This document shows, piece by piece, positions 19,980-30,715 of a DNA stretch of 64,000 nt. The stretch lies in contig JBAYHJ010000001.1 in assembly GCA_041666225.1 (NCBI GenBank), positions 1,881 to 65,880 on the forward strand. The letters run 5' to 3'. Position numbers and translations under genes: made by a program. The notes beneath the pieces are model-generated. The model made no database searches. It saw nothing but the letters and a program-made list of their open reading frames with translations, and was not told the DNA's origin. Source of the DNA: Minisyncoccota bacterium. GTDB lineage: Bacteria > Patescibacteriota > Minisyncoccia > Phycocordibacterales > UBA9973. Each line of letters begins with the position of its first letter. Within the stretch, counting starts at the first letter, position 1.

Positions 19980-21170
19980 ATGTTGGATTTAAAAACAATG
20001 AAGTCTGCTCTAGAGCAACTCGAGCAGGAACGCAAAATACCGCGTGAAAAAATTATAGATGCTATCGAGCAAGCACTCGCAGCCGCTTATAAAAAAGACT
20101 ACGGTAAAAAAGGTCAAATTATTCGTGCAAAGATAGATATCGAATCTGGTGTAATGGAATTTCATCAAATCAAAATCGTCGTCGATGATTCGCTTGTCAG
20201 AATGACGCAAGAAGACGATGAAGATGAGGAAGAAATCGCAGAAGACGATGAGAGAGTTCGCTTCAACGAAGAACATCATATCCTAATTGAGGATGCTAAA
20301 AAAATAAAAAGTGATGTTGTGCCGGGTGAAGAATTAATCTTCCCTCTTGAGAATAAAGATGACTATGGACGCATCGCCGCACAAACAGCAAAACAAGTTA
20401 TTATTCAAAAAATCCGCGAAGCAGAACGTGGTGCTATTATCGACGAGTATGGAAGTAAAGAAGGAGAAATCATAAATGGTTTCGTTTCAAAAATGGAACG
20501 TGGAATTGTTTATATTGATTTCAATCGTGCCACTGGAATAATTTTACCCGAAGAACAAATCCCTGGAGAATTTTATCGCCGAGGAGAAAGAATTCGTGCT
20601 TATCTTTATTCTGTTGAAGAAACTCCTCGTGGAGTAAATCTAAAACTTTCCCGCACTCATCCTGAATTAATCGAAGGATTATTTGCAATGGAGGCTCCTG
20701 AAATCGCATCCGGTGTAGTTGAGATAAAATCGATCGCTCGTGAAGCCGGAAGTCGTTCAAAGATTGCCGTATTTTCAAATGACGAACATGTAGACCCTGT
20801 TGGATCATGTGTTGGTCAAAAAGGAGTTCGTGTCACTACTGTCATGAGTGAACTAAACGGTGAAAAGATCGATATTATTCCTTGGTCTCCTGATCCTGAA
20901 ACTTACATTGCAAGTGCAATCTCACCAGCCAATGTTTTAAAAATCGAAGTAAACGAGTCTGAACATAAAGCAATTCTCGAAGTTGCAAACGATCAGCTCT
21001 CTCTTGCAATCGGAAAAGGTGGACAAAATGTTCGTCTTGCTGCCAAGCTTACAGGTTGGAGAATTGATATTAAAAGTGTAGAAGCAAAGGGTGATGAACC
21101 TAGAGAAGTAATCGGTAGTGATGATATACTAGATGTAGATGATGGTATCGTTGATGACGGTACAAATTAG
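19980..21170 (+). CDS. nusA: transcription termination/antitermination factor NusA
   Basis: GRIAAQTAKQVI, REAGSRSKIAV, AIGKGGQNVRLAAKLTGW. Confidence 0.98.
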   Translation: MLDLKTMKSALEQLEQERKIPREKIIDAIEQALAAAYKKDYGKKGQIIRAKIDIESGVMEFHQIKIVVDDSLVRMTQEDDEDEEEIAEDDERVRFNEEHHILIEDAKKIKSDVVPGEELIFPLENKDDYGRIAAQTAKQVIIQKIREAERGAIIDEYGSKEGEIINGFVSKMERGIVYIDFNRATGIILPEEQIPGEFYRRGERIRAYLYSVEETPRGVNLKLSRTHPELIEGLFAMEAPEIASGVVEIKSIAREAGSRSKIAVFSNDEHVDPVGSCVGQKGVRVTTVMSELNGEKIDIIPWSPDPETYIASAISPANVLKIEVNESEHKAILEVANDQLSLAIGKGGQNVRLAAKLTGWRIDIKSVEAKGDEPREVIGSDDILDVDDGIVDDGTN

Positions 21171-21281
21171 TTTATAGGTTCTAGTTGCTAGTGATTAGTA
21201 AGTAGAACAAAAAAGGTCATTTTATTAAAAATTTATTAGAAATAATTCTACTAGCCCCTAGTCACTAGGTACTAGTAACTC

Positions 21282-23300
21282 ATGCATATGAATCCATTTA
21301 TTATTTTTGCTCTTGTTTCTTCAGTTATCGCAATATTATATGGTTTACTTTTAATCAAAGTTGTTCTTAAAAAAGGTACTGGTGATGCTAAAATGCAAGC
21401 TATTGCAAAAGCAATCCAAGAAGGTGCAAGTGCATATTTAAATCGCCAATACAAAACTATTGGAATTATCGCGATCGTTCTATTCTTAATAATCGGTCTA
21501 GTGCCAATGCTCGGCTGGATGATGGCAATCAGTTTTATTTTTGGAGCTATTTTATCAGCAGTTGCAGGATACATCGGCATGAACGTTTCCGTTCGTGCAA
21601 ATGTCCGCACCACAGAAGAAGCAAAGAAAGGTTTGAAGGAAGCTCTGTCACTTGCTTTCAAAGGCGGAACAGTTACAGGACTTTTGGTTGTTGGTTTAGC
21701 CTTGCTTGGAGTTACTGTTTTCTACATGATTACCGGGGATGTGAAGTCTCTTATTGGTTTATCATTCGGAGCAAGTTTGATTTCAGTTTTCGCTCGACTA
21801 GGCGGTGGAATATTTACAAAAGCTGCGGACGTCGGTGCTGACCTTGTCGGCAAAGTTGAGGCTGGAATTCCAGAAGATGATCCTCGTAATCCTGCTGTTA
21901 TCGCTGATAATGTTGGAGACAATGTTGGAGACTGTGCTGGTATGGCCGCTGACTTATTTGAAACATATGCTGTGACTTCTGTTGCAACAATGCTTCTAGG
22001 CTCTCTCATGTTTGCTGGTTTTGGAAATGCAATTATCTACCCGCTCGCTATTGGTGGAGTTGCAATAATTTCTTCAATCATCGGTACATGGTTTGTAACA
22101 CTTGGAAAAAATAAAAATATCATGGGTGCTTTGTACAAAGGATTAATCGCTGCAGGAATTCTTTCTGCTATTAGTTTCTACCCTATTACAAAATGGCTTA
22201 TGGCTGACAATGGACTCTACTCAGTTGGAGCATTATATGTAAGTGCTTTAGTTGGTATATTTGTTACAGCTTTAATAATAGTTATAACAGAGTACTACAC
22301 TTCAACAGCTTACAATCCTGTGAAATCAATTGCGCAAGCAAGTCTCTCAGGTCACGGTACAAACGTGATTCAAGGACTTGCTGTTTCGATGAAATCTACT
22401 GCTTTCCCATTACTTACAATCGTGGCTGGTATTTTAGTCTCTTATCATTTTGCTGGTTTGTATGGAATAGCAATCGCAGCGATGTCCATGCTTTCTCTTA
22501 CCGGAATCATCGTCGCTATCGATTCATTTGGCCCTATCACTGACAATGCTGGTGGTATTGCTGAGATGGCAGGACTTCCAGATTCTGTCCGCGCAGTTAC
22601 TGACCCACTAGATGCTGTTGGAAATACAACAAAGGCGGTGACAAAAGGTTACGCTATCGGTTCAGCTGGACTTGCAGCTCTTGTACTCTTTGCTTCATAC
22701 ACACAAGAATTTGCAAACCTAGGACATTCTCTAACTTTTGATTTAAGTAATCCTAAAGTTATCGCAGGTCTACTTATAGGAGGATTACTTCCTTACTACT
22801 TCAGTGCTCTATGTATGGAAGCCGTAGGGAAAGCTGCCGGAAAAGTTGTTGAAGAAGTTCGCCGACAATTCAGAGAAATTAAAGGTATCATGGACGGAAC
22901 AGGTAAACCTGATTACGCTACTTGTGTAGATATCGTTACAACTGGTGCTCTTAAACAAATGATTCTTCCAGCTGTTATTGCCGTTCTCTCTCCAATCCTA
23001 GTTGGATTTATTTTAGGCCCTGAAGCTCTTGGTGGTTTACTTGTCGGTTCAATCATCACAGGGATATTCCTCGCAATCTCAATGACTTCCGGTGGTGGAG
23101 CATGGGACAATGCTAAGAAATATATTGAACTTGGAAACTTTGGTGGTAAAGGTAGTGACGCTCACAAGGCAGCCGTCACAGGAGATACTGTCGGAGACCC
23201 CTATAAAGACACAGCCGGCCCAGCCATCAACCCAATGATTAAAATCCTAAATATCATTGCTTTGATTCTGGTTCCAATTCTCGTTTCCTTTTGGTTTTAA
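21282..23300 (+). CDS. hppA: membrane-bound ion-translocating pyrophosphatase
   Basis: [36 protein letters not shown]. Confidence 0.96.
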   Translation: MHMNPFIIFALVSSVIAILYGLLLIKVVLKKGTGDAKMQAIAKAIQEGASAYLNRQYKTIGIIAIVLFLIIGLVPMLGWMMAISFIFGAILSAVAGYIGMNVSVRANVRTTEEAKKGLKEALSLAFKGGTVTGLLVVGLALLGVTVFYMITGDVKSLIGLSFGASLISVFARLGGGIFTKAADVGADLVGKVEAGIPEDDPRNPAVIADNVGDNVGDCAGMAADLFETYAVTSVATMLLGSLMFAGFGNAIIYPLAIGGVAIISSIIGTWFVTLGKNKNIMGALYKGLIAAGILSAISFYPITKWLMADNGLYSVGALYVSALVGIFVTALIIVITEYYTSTAYNPVKSIAQASLSGHGTNVIQGLAVSMKSTAFPLLTIVAGILVSYHFAGLYGIAIAAMSMLSLTGIIVAIDSFGPITDNAGGIAEMAGLPDSVRAVTDPLDAVGNTTKAVTKGYAIGSAGLAALVLFASYTQEFANLGHSLTFDLSNPKVIAGLLIGGLLPYYFSALCMEAVGKAAGKVVEEVRRQFREIKGIMDGTGKPDYATCVDIVTTGALKQMILPAVIAVLSPILVGFILGPEALGGLLVGSIITGIFLAISMTSGGGAWDNAKKYIELGNFGGKGSDAHKAAVTGDTVGDPYKDTAGPAINPMIKILNIIALILVPILVSFWF

Positions 23301-23329
23301 TTAATTTAAAAATTAATTAAATAGATAAT

Positions 23330-23378
23330 AAAAAATCCCCCGCCAACATCTTATGAAGTTGTGGCGGGGGATTTTTTA
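23330..23378 (+). terminator. bidirectional terminator after hppA (related one at about 24760-24790)
   Basis: AAAAAATCCCCCGCC...GGCGGGGGATTTTTT. Confidence 0.75.
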
Positions 23379-23400
23379 ATTTACTTTTCTATTCTAATAA

Positions 23401-23802
23401 TTAACCTTTCTTATTCATAAATTTATATACTATATCAATTTGTTCTCTTAACTTTTTACCTTCTTCTGGATTCATTATTTCAGCTGCTCTCACAAAAATT
23501 TCCATATTCTTATATTGAGATATCCACTCCCTATTATTCAAGAGATGATCCTTCACGGATCCAGGTTGTCCTGAGCCGGCTTTTCCTTCTAATATTTCTT
23601 TGGAATTATAAAACAACTTTGTTTTATAACTATTAAAATTACGTTCATAAAGTCTTGAATCTTTTTTATAAACCTCAATCATATTTAAGGTTTCTTTTTC
23701 TGCATTATCCATTATTTCTAAATACGCAGGACTAACATCATTACTCTCCTCTTTTTTACTATCACCCTCATTGTTATTTTGAACTTTATCAAATTGTCCC
23801 AT
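23401..23802 (-). CDS. orphan hypothetical protein
   Basis: 133-aa ORF with promoter/leader repeated at 25399-25494. Confidence 0.7.
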   Translation of the reverse strand: MGQFDKVQNNNEGDSKKEESNDVSPAYLEIMDNAEKETLNMIEVYKKDSRLYERNFNSYKTKLFYNSKEILEGKAGSGQPGSVKDHLLNNREWISQYKNMEIFVRAAEIMNPEEGKKLREQIDIVYKFMNKKG

Positions 23803-23895
23803 AAATTTTATATTTTAATCCGCCTCAGCAGATAAGTTAATAATGCAAACTTTCTAATACCCTCATTCTACCCCCCCCCTCATATGAGGTGTCAA
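23800..23895 (-). promoter_or_regulatory. repeated promoter and 5'UTR with G9 tract in the spacer
   Basis: TTGACA-19 bp (including G9)-TAGAAT; near-identical copy at 25399-25494. Confidence 0.8.
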
Positions 23896-23979
23896 GGAAA
23901 ATGTAATGCTTGACAATAATATAGCAATTTTGCTATATTAGTAATAAGTGGTATTTTATGTTGTGATATAATAATATTA

Positions 23980-24285
23980 ATGAATAAATTCAAGGTATTA
24001 TTTATAAATGAAGTTAGAAATTTTATTAATTCGCTTCCAGATGAAGATAAAGGTAAAATCAACTGTGATTCAAATGCTATGGAATTAGGTAATTTTGATT
24101 CCTTATACATCAAAACACTTAGTACTCCTATCAAGGAATTAATTATTAAAAAATACAGACTAATCTTTTTTATAAATAAAAATGAAATCTGGTTTATAGG
24201 AGCATTTATAAAGAAAACTTCCAAAACTCCAAAAAATGAAATAGAAAATGCTAAAAAGTTATACAAAGAAATTATTAATTTATAA
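23980..24285 (+). CDS. RelE/ParE-like type II toxin
   Basis: IKELIIKKYRLIFF, FIKKTSKTPKNEIE; upstream of an HTH gene. Confidence 0.8.
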   Translation: MNKFKVLFINEVRNFINSLPDEDKGKINCDSNAMELGNFDSLYIKTLSTPIKELIIKKYRLIFFINKNEIWFIGAFIKKTSKTPKNEIENAKKLYKEIINL

Positions 24286-24295
24286 CAAAAAATAT

Positions 24296-24601
24296 ATGAA
24301 AACAATTAAAACAAAAAATGGTAAAACTTTAAAGTTTTATACTGCAGATGAAGTATTTAAAAAAGATTCAAAATCTAAAGTTTTTGTTGAGGCTTATAAC
24401 GAAGAACTTATTCGGTTAAATCTCGTAGGTGAAATTAAAAAGTTACGACTTGCAAAAAAATATACTCAGAAAGACCTCGCCCAAAAAGCACAAATGCCTC
24501 AATCTGTAATAGCCCGAATAGAGAGTGGAGAACATAGTTTCTCTCTTGGTACTCTTAGCCGTATCGCAAAAGTATTCAAAAAAGAAATACAATTAGTCTA
24601 A
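24296..24601 (+). CDS. XRE-family HTH antitoxin
   Basis: [22 protein letters not shown]. Confidence 0.85.
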   Translation: MKTIKTKNGKTLKFYTADEVFKKDSKSKVFVEAYNEELIRLNLVGEIKKLRLAKKYTQKDLAQKAQMPQSVIARIESGEHSFSLGTLSRIAKVFKKEIQLV

Positions 24602-24635
24602 AATAAAATTCCACCGAAGCAAGGCTTCGGTAAAT

Positions 24636-24737
24636 TACAAAGATACCGCAGGACCCGCAATCAATCCAATGATTAAAATATTAAATATCATTGCTCTCAT
24701 TATCGTTCCGATCTTGGTTGCAATTTGGTTTAAATAA
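24636..24737 (+). pseudogene. hppA: duplicated, diverged 3' end of hppA (33 codons plus stop)
   Basis: [33 protein letters not shown] versus ...[13 protein letters not shown] at 23202-23300; mostly synonymous changes. Confidence 0.9.
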
Positions 24738-24798
24738 AATCTAATCGAATTATCAACATTAAAAAATCCCTCACTCGAGGGATTTTTTAATGTGGGTT

Positions 24799-25401
24799 TT
24801 ATTTTTCCCCATGGGGAAGTTCTTCAATTGCCTGAGGTCCATCCCAAGCAAAATGCAGATATTTATTTTCTATTTTTTCTTTTAGGGCAAAAGATAAATA
24901 CAAGTTAAACCCTTTTTTGACTGAATCTTGTTCAATTCTTTCTTCTCTATTTTGAATAGAAGTAGAAATATTTTCTGGCCTCTGATTTTGACTCAAATTA
25001 TAAAGAACTGCCTTATCTACATCAGCAACAAAATTAATTTTTTCTAGTTCTTCTTTACTCAACTGATTAACGAATTCTTTAACTATTTTTGGATCTTTTA
25101 TAATTAGAGATTGATATCGACCTCCATTTTTTACATCATTTTCCCAACTTTTATCTTCTTTGTTTACAGGAAATTCTTCTAGAAAAAGATTTTTAAGACT
25201 TTCGACTTTTTCATCTGGAACATAAGAAACTTCTCTGTCTATAAAATCTGCATCTTCATCATTACCGTGATAATCCACAGGTAAAAACCAAGTGTATTTA
25301 TAATTTTCAATTAAATCACTAACCACTTTTCTTATTTTTTGTTTTTCGACAGTATTTTCATCTTTTTTTACTGCTTCGTTTTTATTTAATCCTTCATTCA
25401 T
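24799..25401 (-). CDS. orphan hypothetical protein
   Basis: 200-aa ORF with the repeated poly-G promoter. Confidence 0.7.
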   Translation of the reverse strand: MNEGLNKNEAVKKDENTVEKQKIRKVVSDLIENYKYTWFLPVDYHGNDEDADFIDREVSYVPDEKVESLKNLFLEEFPVNKEDKSWENDVKNGGRYQSLIIKDPKIVKEFVNQLSKEELEKINFVADVDKAVLYNLSQNQRPENISTSIQNREERIEQDSVKKGFNLYLSFALKEKIENKYLHFAWDGPQAIEELPHGEK

Positions 25402-25574
25402 AAATTTTATATTTTAATCTGCCTCAACAGATAGTTAATAATGCAAACTTTTCTAATACCCTCATTCTACCCCCCCCCTCATATAACCTGTCAATACAAC
25501 CCCTTAAAACCATATTTACTTTTAACCCAGCGTGCGCTATAGCGTAATATGAGTTAGGATGATATAATCTAATT

Positions 25575-26057
25575 ATGTCTATAAAGAATGAAATACTGGA
25601 AATATTAAAAACCCCTAAATTCTATTATAAAGGTATTCCTATGAATGCTTTTTTCCTCCCAGCTTTTCAAAATTATAAAAAACAATCAATTAGAAATAAA
25701 TTTTCCTCACTATATGATGATGGGTATTTGGATAAAAAGAATGGGCATTATTTTCTAAATAAAAAAGGGAAAGAATTTTTAGAAAAATCACCTAAATTAC
25801 AATTAAAAATATTCGAGCCAATAAAAAATAATGGTCCAAAAAATTTACTTTTACTTTATGACATTCCCGAGAGTATGAAAAAGGAACGTGATTGGTTTCG
25901 TAGGACATTAATCAAATTTAGTTTCATTATGATTCAAAGGAGTGTCTGGGTTGGTCCATCTCCTCTTCCTAAAGAATTCTTAGATTATGTAAAATCAATT
26001 GGTTTAAAAAATTCAATTAAAACATTCAAATTAGAAAAGGGATTGGTGAATAATTGA
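25575..26057 (+). CDS. PaaX-like regulator with Cas2-like C-terminal domain
   Basis: YDIPESMKKERDWFRRTL...IQRSVWV; N-terminal winged-helix-like segment. Confidence 0.75.
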   Translation: MSIKNEILEILKTPKFYYKGIPMNAFFLPAFQNYKKQSIRNKFSSLYDDGYLDKKNGHYFLNKKGKEFLEKSPKLQLKIFEPIKNNGPKNLLLLYDIPESMKKERDWFRRTLIKFSFIMIQRSVWVGPSPLPKEFLDYVKSIGLKNSIKTFKLEKGLVNN

Positions 26058-26161
26058 TTTTAACTCACTATGCGCGATAGCATACAGTGAGTTAAAATCA
26101 ATTTAGTGATAATTATTTAAGGTTTGAAAATATATTAATTTTAGTATAAGATGTAAAAACT

Positions 26162-27247
26162 ATGCAAACAACAATTAAAAAATTAGATAAAAGTGAGTTA
26201 GAAATCATCGGTACTATCGAAGCCGTCGAGTTTGAAAAATATGAAGCGAAAGCTCTAGAGAAAGCTGGTGAAAGGCTTGAACTTCCTGGGTTTCGAAAAG
26301 GAAAAGCTCCTGTGGCAATGATCAAAGAAAATATCCCAGAAATGGAATTACTCGAAGAGATGGCGGAGATTGCAATGATGGATAATTACATGAAAATCTT
26401 AGAAGAAAATAAAATCGATGCAATCGGTCGCCCACAGATTGCAATTACAAAAATTGGCAAAGGTTCTGATTTGGAATTTAAAATTATCACTGCAGTTCTT
26501 CCAGAAGTAAAACTCCCTGATTATAAAAAAATATCAAAAGAACAGTGTTCAAAAGAAGATTTTAAAAAAGAAATTAACATTGAGGAATCTGAAGTTGAAA
26601 AAACAATTCTTGAACTTCGAAAAATGAGAGCCGAACAAGCCAAAGGTACAAGTCATGAGGGGCATGAACATATGACAGAGGAAGAACATACAAAAATTCA
26701 CGCGGAGGTTAAAGAAATTCCTGAGAGTGAATACCCAGCATTTGATGATGAGTTTGCAAAAAGCTTTGGTGATTTTAAAAATGCGGATGAACTTCGTGAA
26801 AAAATAAAAAATAATTTAAAAATTGAAAAACAAACTGAGTTAAAAGACAAACTTCGTTTAGCAATAGTTGAAGACCTAGTGAAACAAACTGAAGTTGAGA
26901 TTCCTGAGATTTTAACTCAAAGTGAAACTGACAAAATCATGTATCGCCTTCAAGCAGATATAACCAATGTTGGTTTTAAAATGGAAGATTATTTAAAACA
27001 AATAGGAAAAACTGAGGAAGATCTACGAAGTGAGTGGAAACCCGAAGCAGAGAAACGTGCAAAACTACAAATGATAATCCACACCATTTCAGAAAAAGAA
27101 AATCTCGCCCCAACAGAAGAAGAAATAGAAAAAGATGTTACACAAATTACAACTATGTACAAAGATGCTGACCCAAATCGCGCCCGAGCTTACGTGGAAC
27201 AAATGCTTGAAAATGAAAAAGTGTTTAAGTTTCTTGAAACACAATAA
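26162..27247 (+). CDS. tig: trigger factor (PPIase domain reduced)
   Basis: PGFRKGKAP; upstream of clpP. Confidence 0.93.
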   Translation: MQTTIKKLDKSELEIIGTIEAVEFEKYEAKALEKAGERLELPGFRKGKAPVAMIKENIPEMELLEEMAEIAMMDNYMKILEENKIDAIGRPQIAITKIGKGSDLEFKIITAVLPEVKLPDYKKISKEQCSKEDFKKEINIEESEVEKTILELRKMRAEQAKGTSHEGHEHMTEEEHTKIHAEVKEIPESEYPAFDDEFAKSFGDFKNADELREKIKNNLKIEKQTELKDKLRLAIVEDLVKQTEVEIPEILTQSETDKIMYRLQADITNVGFKMEDYLKQIGKTEEDLRSEWKPEAEKRAKLQMIIHTISEKENLAPTEEEIEKDVTQITTMYKDADPNRARAYVEQMLENEKVFKFLETQ

Positions 27248-27264
27248 TTTGATATAATAACCTT

Positions 27265-27855
27265 ATGTTAATCCCAACAGTTATAGAAAAATCACAATTT
27301 GGCGAAAGAGCGTATGACATATACTCACGTCTTTTGAACGAAAGAATTATATTCCTTGGTGGTCCAATCGATGACCATGTGGCCAATTTGGTTATTGCCC
27401 AACTTCTTTATTTAGATCACACGGATTCCAAAAAAGATGTCTATCTTTATATAAATTCTCCTGGTGGTTCAGTCACCGCTGGCCTTGCTATCATCGATAC
27501 GATGAATTTTATTAAGAGTGACGTCTCTACCATCTGCGTCGGTATCGCTGCTTCGATGGGAGCGTTGATTCTTTCTTCTGGTAAAAAGGGTAAAAGATTT
27601 TCATTACCGAATTCAGAAGTAATGATTCATCAAGTGATGGGCGGTACTGAAGGCCAAGCATCGGACATTGCGATCAACGCAAAGCACATCCTCCGCACCA
27701 AAGATACTCTCAATAAAATTCTTGCCCAAAATACTAACAAAAAAATAGACCAAGTAGAAAAAGATTCTGACCGTGACTACTGGATGACTTCTGATGAAGC
27801 CAAGAAGTACGGTATCATAGACGACATTATTTCAAAACCAAAATCCGGAAAATAA
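27265..27855 (+). CDS. clpP: ATP-dependent Clp protease proteolytic subunit
   Basis: [24 protein letters not shown]. Confidence 0.98.
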   Translation: MLIPTVIEKSQFGERAYDIYSRLLNERIIFLGGPIDDHVANLVIAQLLYLDHTDSKKDVYLYINSPGGSVTAGLAIIDTMNFIKSDVSTICVGIAASMGALILSSGKKGKRFSLPNSEVMIHQVMGGTEGQASDIAINAKHILRTKDTLNKILAQNTNKKIDQVEKDSDRDYWMTSDEAKKYGIIDDIISKPKSGK

Positions 27856-28042
27856 CATCAAAACTAGCTCTGAAAGCCGGTCATAAGCGTTGCTTATGAC
27901 CGGCTTTTTATTTAACTTTCTATTTGTTGCATTATTTGTTGCAAATTAACTTTTCAGTGCAAGGAAAATAAAAAAGGATTTTTACTAACAAAATACTAAT
28001 CTATTTGCTTTTAAAAGAGCAATTTGTTATTATCTGTATTAT

Positions 28043-29158
28043 ATGATAATATATCAACGCAAAATAGAATCCAAAATTAAATCTTTAATATTTAAAAACA
28101 AAATGATTGCTATCCTAGGGCCTAGGCAATCTGGTAAAACTACCTTATCTAAAAAATTAGTAAGTCAATATGGAAAAGATGGAGAGTATTTTGATTGTCA
28201 GATAAATGAAGTAAGAGAGTATTTTAAGGTTGGTGAACCCAAGACTCTATTGAAACTTATAAAAGATAAAAAAATTGTTGTATTTGATGAAGCTCAAACA
28301 ATTCAAGATATTGGTACAATTCTAAAAGTATTTCATGATACATATCCAGAAATACAAATAATAGCTACGGGTTCATCTTCTTTTGATTTAGCAAATAAAA
28401 TAAATGAACCTATGACAGGGAGAGTCTTTGAATTTATATTAATGCCTCTATCTATTGAAGAAATCAAATTATCAAAAAAAATAACAAGGGAAGATTTGAT
28501 GGATTATTTTCTATTAGGAACATACCCCGCTGTAGTAGCGGCAGAATCTAGAGAAGAAAAAGAAATTATTCTTAAAAATATTTCTACAAATTATTTATAC
28601 AAAGATATATTTGTATTTGAAGCAATAAGAAATCCTCAAATTTTTGAAAACTTGGTTAAATTACTTGCAATGCAAGTCGGACAAATGGTTTCTGTCCGAG
28701 AATTGTCATTAAATTTAGGTATTAGTCGTTCTGTAATACAAAAATATCTTAGATTATTAGAACAGTCCTTTATTATTAAAATAGTACATTCTTTCTCTCA
28801 GAATTCACGAAATGAATTAAAGAAAGCATTTAAAGTCTACTTTCTTGATAATGGAGTTCGCAATTCGCTTGTTGATATAAAAAGGCAAATGGAAGGGAGA
28901 ATTGATAAGGGATTTATATTTGAAAATTTCTTTATCTCTGACAGACTAAAACAGGGAACACTAGAAACATTCCCGCCTGAAATTATGTTCTGGCGGACTA
29001 GAACAGGATTAGAAATAGATGTAATTGAAAAATCAGGACTAGATATTTATGCTTATGAGTGTAAATGGACTCAAATAAATATTTCATTTAAAGAATTTCT
29101 CAAATTATATCCCGAAGCAAAAACTGAAATAATCACACCAGATTATTTCCTAAAATAA
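28043..29158 (+). CDS. AAA_14/DUF4143-type ATPase with C-terminal nuclease-like motif
   Basis: GPRQSGKTT, DEAQ, ATGSSS, FWRT...EIDVI...ECKW. Confidence 0.88.
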   Translation: MIIYQRKIESKIKSLIFKNKMIAILGPRQSGKTTLSKKLVSQYGKDGEYFDCQINEVREYFKVGEPKTLLKLIKDKKIVVFDEAQTIQDIGTILKVFHDTYPEIQIIATGSSSFDLANKINEPMTGRVFEFILMPLSIEEIKLSKKITREDLMDYFLLGTYPAVVAAESREEKEIILKNISTNYLYKDIFVFEAIRNPQIFENLVKLLAMQVGQMVSVRELSLNLGISRSVIQKYLRLLEQSFIIKIVHSFSQNSRNELKKAFKVYFLDNGVRNSLVDIKRQMEGRIDKGFIFENFFISDRLKQGTLETFPPEIMFWRTRTGLEIDVIEKSGLDIYAYECKWTQINISFKEFLKLYPEAKTEIITPDYFLK

Positions 29159-29210
29159 TATACAAGCTGAGCACAAAAAACCGACGAGACAAGACCTAGT
29201 CGGTTTTTTC

Positions 29211-29366
29211 TTACCACCATAATTCTGTCGGTTAATGATTAATTAATCGCAACTCCATCATCTTGTATAAAATTTTGGAGCGAGGAGAGAGATTCATAAA
29301 TTAATTACAGTATAATTAATTTACCGCGATGTCTTCAAATATTAGCCGACAAAATTATGGTGGTAA
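29211..29366. repeat. 26-bp inverted repeat enclosing two hairpins
   Basis: TTACCACCATAATTCTGTCGGTTAAT / ATTAGCCGACAAAATTATGGTGGTAA (2 mismatches). Confidence 0.85.
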
Positions 29367-29590
29367 AAAATCTACAAGGTCTTTCCTCAAGTGCTCCCGA
29401 AGTAAGTCCATGTAGATTTATAATTTATATTTCTTTTTCCTTTTCTCTCTCCTGTTTCTTCCCTATGAATCCACAAATCAAATGGCTAAAAATGTTTGTG
29501 AACTCAATAAGGATTTCAAGCTATTTATGACTTAAAAGTTATCCACATAAACGTCTTTACAATCGCGTTTTTAGGTATATAATTGATATT

Positions 29591-30715
29591 ATGATAATAA
29601 AAAGATGGCTAAAATCAAAAATAATAGAATCATTAAAGGACAATCGTATTACGATAATATATGGGGCTAGGCAGGTCGGCAAAACAACACTAGTAAAACA
29701 AATTACTGAAGAATTTAATGGTAAATATTTACTTTGTGAAGAACCCGATGTAAACGAAGCTTTAACAAAGAAAACTTCTACGGAAATGAAATTTTTCTTT
29801 GGAGATCATAAGCTAATTATTTTAGATGAAGCTCAGTCAATAGAAAATATTGGTTTATCTCTAAAAATAATTCATGACACCTACCCAGATATAAAAATAA
29901 TAGCCACAGGATCAAGTTCTTTTGATCTTATGAGTAAAATTTCTGAACCATTAACAGGTAGAAATATCCCATTTATGCTTTACCCTATCTCCTATCAAGA
30001 ATATTCCGAATCGATTGGACACATAGAGTCTAAGCGTCTTTTAAAAGAAAGAATCCTTTACGGTATGTACCCCCACATTATCAACTCAAATGATATTAAA
30101 CGAGACCTGAAAATACTTAGTTCAGACTATCTATTAAGAGATGTTCTAAGGATAGATCAAGTTCGTAAACCAATTATTTTAGAAAAATTAGTAAAGTTAC
30201 TTGCCCTACAATCAGGATCAGAAGTTTCATTCCAAGAAATTGCTCAAAAACTTGAAGTGAGCAGGGGCTTAGTGATGGATTATGTACGACTACTTGAACA
30301 AGCTTTTATTATCTTTCGCTTACCACCACTTGCAAAAAATCCTCGCGATGAAATAACTCGTTTTGAAAAAGTATTTTTCTATGATACTGGTATTCGTAAT
30401 GCATTAATAGACACATTTACAACACTTGAAAATAGGCAAGATAGTGGACAGCTATTTGAAAATTTTTTCATTAGTGAAAGAATGAAACAATATCAAAGAT
30501 TTGAAAATGAACCAAAACCTCACTTTTGGAGAACAAAAAACCAAAGCGAAATAGATCTTGTAGAAGAATATCACGACAAATTAGATGCTTTTGAATGCAA
30601 AATAAATTCTAAAAAATCTATAAAAACTCGTGCTTGGAATAATTCCTACCCAAACTATAAAGTTAAATCTGTATCGCTTGATACAATCTTTGAAATAATT
30701 ACTACTGATAAATAA
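29591..30715 (+). CDS. AAA_14/DUF4143-type ATPase (paralog of 28043)
   Basis: GARQVGKTT, DEAQ, ATGSSS, FWRT..EIDLV..ECK. Confidence 0.88.
   Translation: MIIKRWLKSKIIESLKDNRITIIYGARQVGKTTLVKQITEEFNGKYLLCEEPDVNEALTKKTSTEMKFFFGDHKLIILDEAQSIENIGLSLKIIHDTYPDIKIIATGSSSFDLMSKISEPLTGRNIPFMLYPISYQEYSESIGHIESKRLLKERILYGMYPHIINSNDIKRDLKILSSDYLLRDVLRIDQVRKPIILEKLVKLLALQSGSEVSFQEIAQKLEVSRGLVMDYVRLLEQAFIIFRLPPLAKNPRDEITRFEKVFFYDTGIRNALIDTFTTLENRQDSGQLFENFFISERMKQYQRFENEPKPHFWRTKNQSEIDLVEEYHDKLDAFECKINSKKSIKTRAWNNSYPNYKVKSVSLDTIFEIITTDK

Noticed and set aside
25575-26057. Cas2 of a CRISPR-Cas locus
   Set aside because: PaaX-like fusion; no cas1, effector gene or array in the window.
29211-29366. Retron msr-msd
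   Set aside because: The inverted-repeat layout is similar but no reverse transcriptase is nearby.
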